This document shows positions 6,966 to 10,824 of a DNA stretch of 10,824 nucleotides, in pieces. How positions within the stretch are numbered: the first letter of the stretch is position 1; each line of letters starts with the position of its first letter. The notes under the pieces were generated by a model. That model did not search any database and had not been told where the DNA came from. It worked only from the letters and a program-made list of their open reading frames with translations. Both the position numbers and the translations under genes were made by a program. Origin of the DNA: Oligoflexia bacterium (GTDB lineage: Bacteria > Bdellovibrionota > Bdellovibrionia > JABDDW01); contig JAYTHU010000163.1 of NCBI GenBank assembly GCA_043732305.1, positions 1 to 10,824 on the forward strand. Direction: 5' to 3'.

Positions 6966-7917
6966 CATGTGGGGAATGATTTCTGGAGTTTTTAAATTCC
7001 ACAAAAGGAAAATTCTTATCTTCGTAGGACTCACTCTCATTCTTACTTACATTTTTTTCCCGTTCAATGATTTGAGCGATCTTGTGACATCAAAAGTTTC
7101 CGAACTCACGAGTGGGCAAGTTTTTGTGGGTTTCGATAACTTGAATCTCAGTCTTCTCCCCTCACCGGGGCTTTCACTAAGCAATGTTTTTTTGGAAATG
7201 CCAGCTGTCCCACCACTCAAAGCAAAATCCATAACCGCTAGACCGAGCATTGTGGGACTTCTTACTTTTAAACCCGGAATTGCGATCCAAGCAGAAGATT
7301 TCCTTGGAGGAGACCTGTCACTTTCAACGCGTGGTGGAGATAAAAATTCCATCGGTAAGCGAAAGCAAAAAGTAGATGTTGATTTTAGTAGCCTCAAACT
7401 TGGCGAAATCCTCAGCATGCTTGATCTCCCCGTCAGAGTGACTGGCCAAGCCGCAGGCACTTTTACTTCGATGATTGATCTCGACATGACAGATCAGCCC
7501 TCAGGGGATGTGCAATTGAATCTTAGCAAAGTGGTGATGGATGAAACTGATTTGAACCTTCAGGGAATGCCGCTGAGCCTTCCAAAAGTTTCGCTTAACC
7601 AAGTGGACATGGAAGGACATTTAGACAAAGGAAGTCTAGAGATCACTCATCTCAATGTTGGAAAGCCCGGCCAAGATCTATCAGCTCAGGTCAGTGGCCA
7701 TATGAATTTGCAATTTGTAAAACAAGGCCAAAGCGTCAACGCCATTCCAACTAATTATGAGTTTTACGTGAAGCTCCAAGTGGGTGAAAGTCTCAAGCAG
7801 AAAATTGGACCCTATCTTGGTATTTTGCAGAGCTATATGGTCGCCCAAAACACATATAGCATCAAGTTGAGTGGGCCTAATTTTTACGCCGTCCCCAACA
7901 TGGTCAAAGGCCCCTAA
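6955..7917 (+). CDS. gspN: Type II secretion protein GspN (Leptospira/deltaproteobacterial type; start likely ATG 6955)
   Basis: N-terminal TM ending YIFFPFNDLSDLV (the FP[YF]xxL motif of this GspN type), then repetitive amphipathic beta-strands (AsmA-like). GAGG at 6947-6950 before ATG 6955. Last gene of the gsp run. Confidence 0.85.
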   Translation: MLSNMWGMISGVFKFHKRKILIFVGLTLILTYIFFPFNDLSDLVTSKVSELTSGQVFVGFDNLNLSLLPSPGLSLSNVFLEMPAVPPLKAKSITARPSIVGLLTFKPGIAIQAEDFLGGDLSLSTRGGDKNSIGKRKQKVDVDFSSLKLGEILSMLDLPVRVTGQAAGTFTSMIDLDMTDQPSGDVQLNLSKVVMDETDLNLQGMPLSLPKVSLNQVDMEGHLDKGSLEITHLNVGKPGQDLSAQVSGHMNLQFVKQGQSVNAIPTNYEFYVKLQVGESLKQKIGPYLGILQSYMVAQNTYSIKLSGPNFYAVPNMVKGP

Positions 7918-8026
7918 CCTACTCTCTTCGGCAGAGCATAAAATCTACAAATCTTCCCTTCTGACTATTATTTTAACAAATCGTGCTCTTATAATCCGGC
8001 CATAACGAATCACGGATTAAAAGAAC

Positions 8027-8042
8027 CGGCATGGCTTTTGCT
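8027..8042 (+). promoter_or_regulatory. Candidate sigma54 (RpoN) -24/-12 promoter
   Basis: CGGCATGGCTTTTGCT has GG (8028-8029)-N10-GC (8040-8041), closely matching TGGCACG-N4-TTGCW, 19 nt upstream of ATG 8061. Confidence 0.6.
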
Positions 8043-8060
8043 CATGCCAGTGGGAAACCT

Positions 8061-8831
8061 ATGCTCATTAAAAAGTTGTCCTCTCACATCTCATTTCTCT
8101 TATATCTTCTCATACTCTGTAGTACGCCGAGCTCTCTTTTCGCGCTCGATCTTCCTACCCTCGCCCCACAGTGCACGCTCAAATTAGTTTCCATCACCAA
8201 GAAATTAAAACTTGATGGCTTTAATATTTCGCCGAATCTCCAAAAATATATGATCCGAGAAAAAATTTCCGGAGAATTTTTATCAAAATTAGTAGATAAG
8301 CGAATGGTGCATGAAGTCTATTTTAAATGGCAAGACTCTGGCGATTTGAAAAATTACGAATTCTTTTCAACACTGGATTTAGGAAAAAACACTTATCAAA
8401 TATTTTACACCAAGAACATTGTCACCGGTGAAAAGAATCTGACAGGCCTTTATCAGTCAAGCGATCTCAGAAAAATGTATCTGTATTACAATCGAGGCGC
8501 GAGATCGCAAGGTTTGGAAGAGCGATCATTCAAACTAAAATCCCCGTTCGAAACTGCCGTTTTTCCGAATGTAAAGTTTGAGCGTGTGGTGGTTCCTCGA
8601 TTTGTGATCTTTAAACTTCAGGAAAAACATGAAGTGGATTTGGAACTTGCTGAAAAGTTAATGAATGCTCTTTCCATAAAAAAAACGATTATGGAACGCT
8701 TTAGCCCAATGCAAGAAAGAGCAAAGTTTTATTCTTCGCCCACACTGGATGGTTTTAAATATCGTTTGGTGTTTAAAGCTTTCGCAAAATCGAAAGAGCT
8801 TCATCTGGTTTCAATCTATCTACTTGACTAA
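8061..8831 (+). CDS. Exported hypothetical protein with two tandem putative BECR (RelE/BrnT/DUF4258-like) domains
   Basis: ATG 8061 gives a classical signal peptide MLIKKLSSHISFLLYLLILCSTPSSLFA|; ATG 8031 lies inside the sigma54 motif. The mature part has two ~82-aa segments that align by eye. The second has the BrnT/DUF4258-like pattern VV...KL.EKH.V..E...T.DG..YRLVF...LVSIY. The ORF is confident; the fold call is by eye only. Confidence 0.75.
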   Translation: MLIKKLSSHISFLLYLLILCSTPSSLFALDLPTLAPQCTLKLVSITKKLKLDGFNISPNLQKYMIREKISGEFLSKLVDKRMVHEVYFKWQDSGDLKNYEFFSTLDLGKNTYQIFYTKNIVTGEKNLTGLYQSSDLRKMYLYYNRGARSQGLEERSFKLKSPFETAVFPNVKFERVVVPRFVIFKLQEKHEVDLELAEKLMNALSIKKTIMERFSPMQERAKFYSSPTLDGFKYRLVFKAFAKSKELHLVSIYLLD

Positions 8832-8842
8832 CTATTTCGATT

Positions 8843-9382
8843 TTATTGAACAACAAAACTGTCAAATAAAACGTCTTTGACGGTTCCTTTTTGCAACATT
8901 TTATTCATTGCGGTCATGATCTGATCTTTCAAAACGAGCTTTCCTTGAAACGTTTCGATCTCGGAAATTTTCTTCGAATTGATAATTTTCACAATTTCAT
9001 CGCGAGCTTTGGGGGTCTTTTCCACAATCTCGACGTAGCCATCTTCATTCAACATTTCAAGTTGAATAGTGGTGTTGATGAGCTTCTTGGGTCTCTCATC
9101 GAGATTGGCGGTGAACGGTTCAAACGTGAAGCGGATATCGGCGTTCTCGCGATTTTTGCGGTCAGCATCCATCTCAGGCTGAAGACTTTCTTCGGTAATC
9201 AGATCACGCTGATCGAGGACTTTAACTTTGTAGATAACAAAGGTAGCTCCAAACATGACAACCATATTCACAATCAAGAAAACACCAACAAGTAGCTTTC
9301 CTAGATCAAAGGGCGGCTTGGGTTTACCGCCTGTACCTTCGCCCGTAGCTTCGGTCGATCCGTTTTTTTTCTCGTCTGCCAT
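8843..9382 (-). CDS. fliL: Flagellar basal body/stator-associated protein FliL
   Basis: Charged N-terminus, single TM helix, FEPFTANL, PKARDEIVKII, ETFQGKLVLKDQI and the terminal VKDVLFDSFVVQ typical of FliL. AGGAG RBS at 9393-9389. Confidence 0.95.
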   Translation of the reverse strand: MADEKKNGSTEATGEGTGGKPKPPFDLGKLLVGVFLIVNMVVMFGATFVIYKVKVLDQRDLITEESLQPEMDADRKNRENADIRFTFEPFTANLDERPKKLINTTIQLEMLNEDGYVEIVEKTPKARDEIVKIINSKKISEIETFQGKLVLKDQIMTAMNKMLQKGTVKDVLFDSFVVQ

Positions 9383-9442
9383 TATTTACTCCTAAACTGA
9401 TTGTAGTGTCTGTGCACTAGACCTAGTCTTTTGCCTAACTTC

Positions 9443-9469
9443 CTATCGTGAAAACCCCAGACTACCTAA
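9443..9469 (-). promoter_or_regulatory. Candidate sigma28 (FliA) promoter for fliL
   Basis: Minus strand TTAG-N15-CACGATAG vs consensus TAAA-N15-GCCGATAA. Spacing is exact and the CGATA core is present, ~60 nt upstream of the fliL ATG. Confidence 0.4.
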
Positions 9470-9517
9470 ACGTCCTGGAGCGTATTTTTCGCATTATTTT
9501 TTGATTTTTTCGTCGAA

Positions 9518-10576
9518 GTGTTCGACACTATAGATAAGGTGGATAAGTACTTAAAACTATTACTTCTATTATTGAGTCTAAGCTTTCTCGTTTTCTCCCA
9601 AAACAGTCACGGAGACGATCAAGTGATGGGCGATCTTTTTCCCGAAGGGCTTATTAACTTTTCACCTAAAGCCTTTTCTGACAACGCTCTCATGGTGGAT
9701 AAATCCAAGAAAAAAATATACCTTTTCAAAGTCGAAAATGGTATCCCAAAACTATCCGCGCAATATGACGCCGATCTCGGAAAAAATTCCGGCGATAAAA
9801 TTTCAGTGGGCGACAGTAAAACTCCTGAGGGAATTTATTTCTTCGAAAAGATGATCGATGGCAAAGAGTTGGATCGGCAAAAATACGGCGCACTCGCCTT
9901 CACCACGGACTATCCCAATTTCTTTGATAAACGTTTAGGTAAAAGTGGAAACGGCATTTGGTTGCATGCAGTTGCTGACTCCACAACTCTCGAGCGTGGA
10001 AGCAAAGGTTGCGTTGTGGTTCGAAATGACACGATTAAAATTTTACAGCCTCAAATCAAGGTTCACTACACACCGCTCATGGTTTACGACCAAATCACTT
10101 GGGTGCCTCGCGAGCAATTCGTAAAATCTCAAACAGATTTAAATAAGTATATTCAAGATTGGAAGTCAGCTTGGGAAACCAAAAGGTTAGAAGATTACAT
10201 CGCCTTTTACGCGCCTGATTTTCATTTTCAACGGATGAATCTAGCTCGCTATAAGAAATATAAAAAATATTTCAATGATCATTACTCTGACATTAAAGTC
10301 ACCCTAAGTGAGCCCCAAATCTTTGAACATGGCGGCGATATGGTTGTCAGATTCTTGCAAGACTATGTGAGCGCTGAGCACAAAGATTTTGGAGTGAAAA
10401 TCCTGTATTTGCAGAAAGCTTCAAAAGCAGCAATGCGTTTGACCGCAAAACAATCAAGTGAACGTGCTCTGGCCGTAGCCAGAGAAGCTAAGATTGTTTA
10501 TGTGAATGCCTCAGAATATAAAATCATTGGTGAGTTCTGGGAAGCCCTACCCGCCGAAGACAAATCCAAACTATAA
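9518..10576 (+). CDS. L,D-transpeptidase-family (YkuD) protein with C-terminal NTF2-like domain; probable cell-shape L,D-carboxypeptidase (Bd1075/Csd6/Pgp2-like)
   Basis: Signal peptide (KYLKLLLLLLSLSFLVFSQNSHG); GDSKTPEGIYF and DYPNFFD; catalytic GIWLH...GSKGC (His 9965-9967, Cys 10010-10012); NTF2-like WKSAWETKRLEDYIAFYAPDF...FLQDY...GVKILY...KIIGEFW. Start is GTG 9518 or GTG 9539. Confidence 0.9.
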   Translation: MFDTIDKVDKYLKLLLLLLSLSFLVFSQNSHGDDQVMGDLFPEGLINFSPKAFSDNALMVDKSKKKIYLFKVENGIPKLSAQYDADLGKNSGDKISVGDSKTPEGIYFFEKMIDGKELDRQKYGALAFTTDYPNFFDKRLGKSGNGIWLHAVADSTTLERGSKGCVVVRNDTIKILQPQIKVHYTPLMVYDQITWVPREQFVKSQTDLNKYIQDWKSAWETKRLEDYIAFYAPDFHFQRMNLARYKKYKKYFNDHYSDIKVTLSEPQIFEHGGDMVVRFLQDYVSAEHKDFGVKILYLQKASKAAMRLTAKQSSERALAVAREAKIVYVNASEYKIIGEFWEALPAEDKSKL

Positions 10577-10824
10577 TTCTACACCTTCATTGCGAAACTG
10601 ACATTCCCGTCTTAGATTACCCCGCATGAACCATATATTCATTTGGGATTTGGTTTTTATGGCGGTAAAATCACTGAAATTAATATCATAAATGTTGATC
10701 AAACCAAATTGTCGCGGTGAATCTTCACGTTGGACTCACTGGAACGCATCTCCAAATCCAAAATAAACACATACCGTGATTTCTGACAATGATTACGCTT
10801 GGCACCGCGTGACACCTTTCAAAC

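Noticed and set aside
3163..7487. Small ORFs 3163..3354, 3288..3536, 3293..3550, 3751..3957, 4492..4710, 5554..5745, 6215..6430 and 7047..7487
   Set aside because: All are antisense or off-frame within well-supported gsp genes and show no motifs.
940..7917. Reading the operon as a type IV pilus/competence locus because of the PilM-like gene
   Set aside because: GspG-specific motifs, a Glu5-less GspK, GspN and the G-H-I-J-K-L-M-N order indicate a T2SS.
7924..7936. Small hairpin with a TTCG loop after gspN as a terminator
   Set aside because: Very short, imperfect stem and no U-tract.
7990..7995. Perfect TATAAT hexamer
   Set aside because: No -35 at 16-18 nt spacing and no extended -10 TG; expected by chance in AT-rich DNA.
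8891..9295. 134-aa + strand ORF
   Set aside because: Antisense shadow of fliL.
9512..9526. Palindrome GTCGAA-GTG-TTCGAC over the first GTG of the carboxypeptidase gene
   Set aside because: Only 6-bp arms and a single occurrence; it might occlude GTG 9518 but has no independent support.
10799..10814. TTGGCACCGCGTGACA, a sigma54-like -24 box at the right edge
   Set aside because: No GC at -12, and the downstream gene is not visible.
10577..10824. Possible gene, pseudogene or ncRNA in the last 250 bp
   Set aside because: All six frames have stops, fragments match nothing recognisable, and no tRNA, terminator or repeat structure was seen; treated as intergenic.

Overview
A chromosomal segment most consistent with a Bdellovibrionota (Bdellovibrio-like predatory) bacterium; this is inferred from gene types, not proven. 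The core is a tightly coupled + strand type II secretion (T2SS) half-operon, gspG-H-I-J-K-L-M-N (940-7917). It has a PilM-PilN-fusion-type GspL and a Leptospira/deltaproteobacterial-type GspN; gspC/D/E/F/O are absent from the window. Two orphan genes for Sec-signal proteins bracket the operon. The first is a divergent, edge-truncated ORF (<1-689, minus) missing from the ORF track. The second (8061-8831) lies behind a well-formed sigma54-type -24/-12 motif, and its product appears to be two tandem RelE/BrnT/DUF4258-like (BECR RNase-fold) domains with no adjacent antitoxin. Both orphans share a 'S-x-L-F-A|...LAP..C.L' N-terminus. Further right is a divergent pair: a stand-alone fliL and a Bd1075/Csd6/Pgp2-like L,D-carboxypeptidase (YkuD + NTF2-like) carrying a ~30-aa insertion near its C-terminus. 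The last ~250 bp are non-coding. No RNA genes, CRISPR arrays or mobile elements were seen. The best candidate for a novel system is exported toxin-fold effectors with a shared N-terminal Cys motif next to the T2SS.
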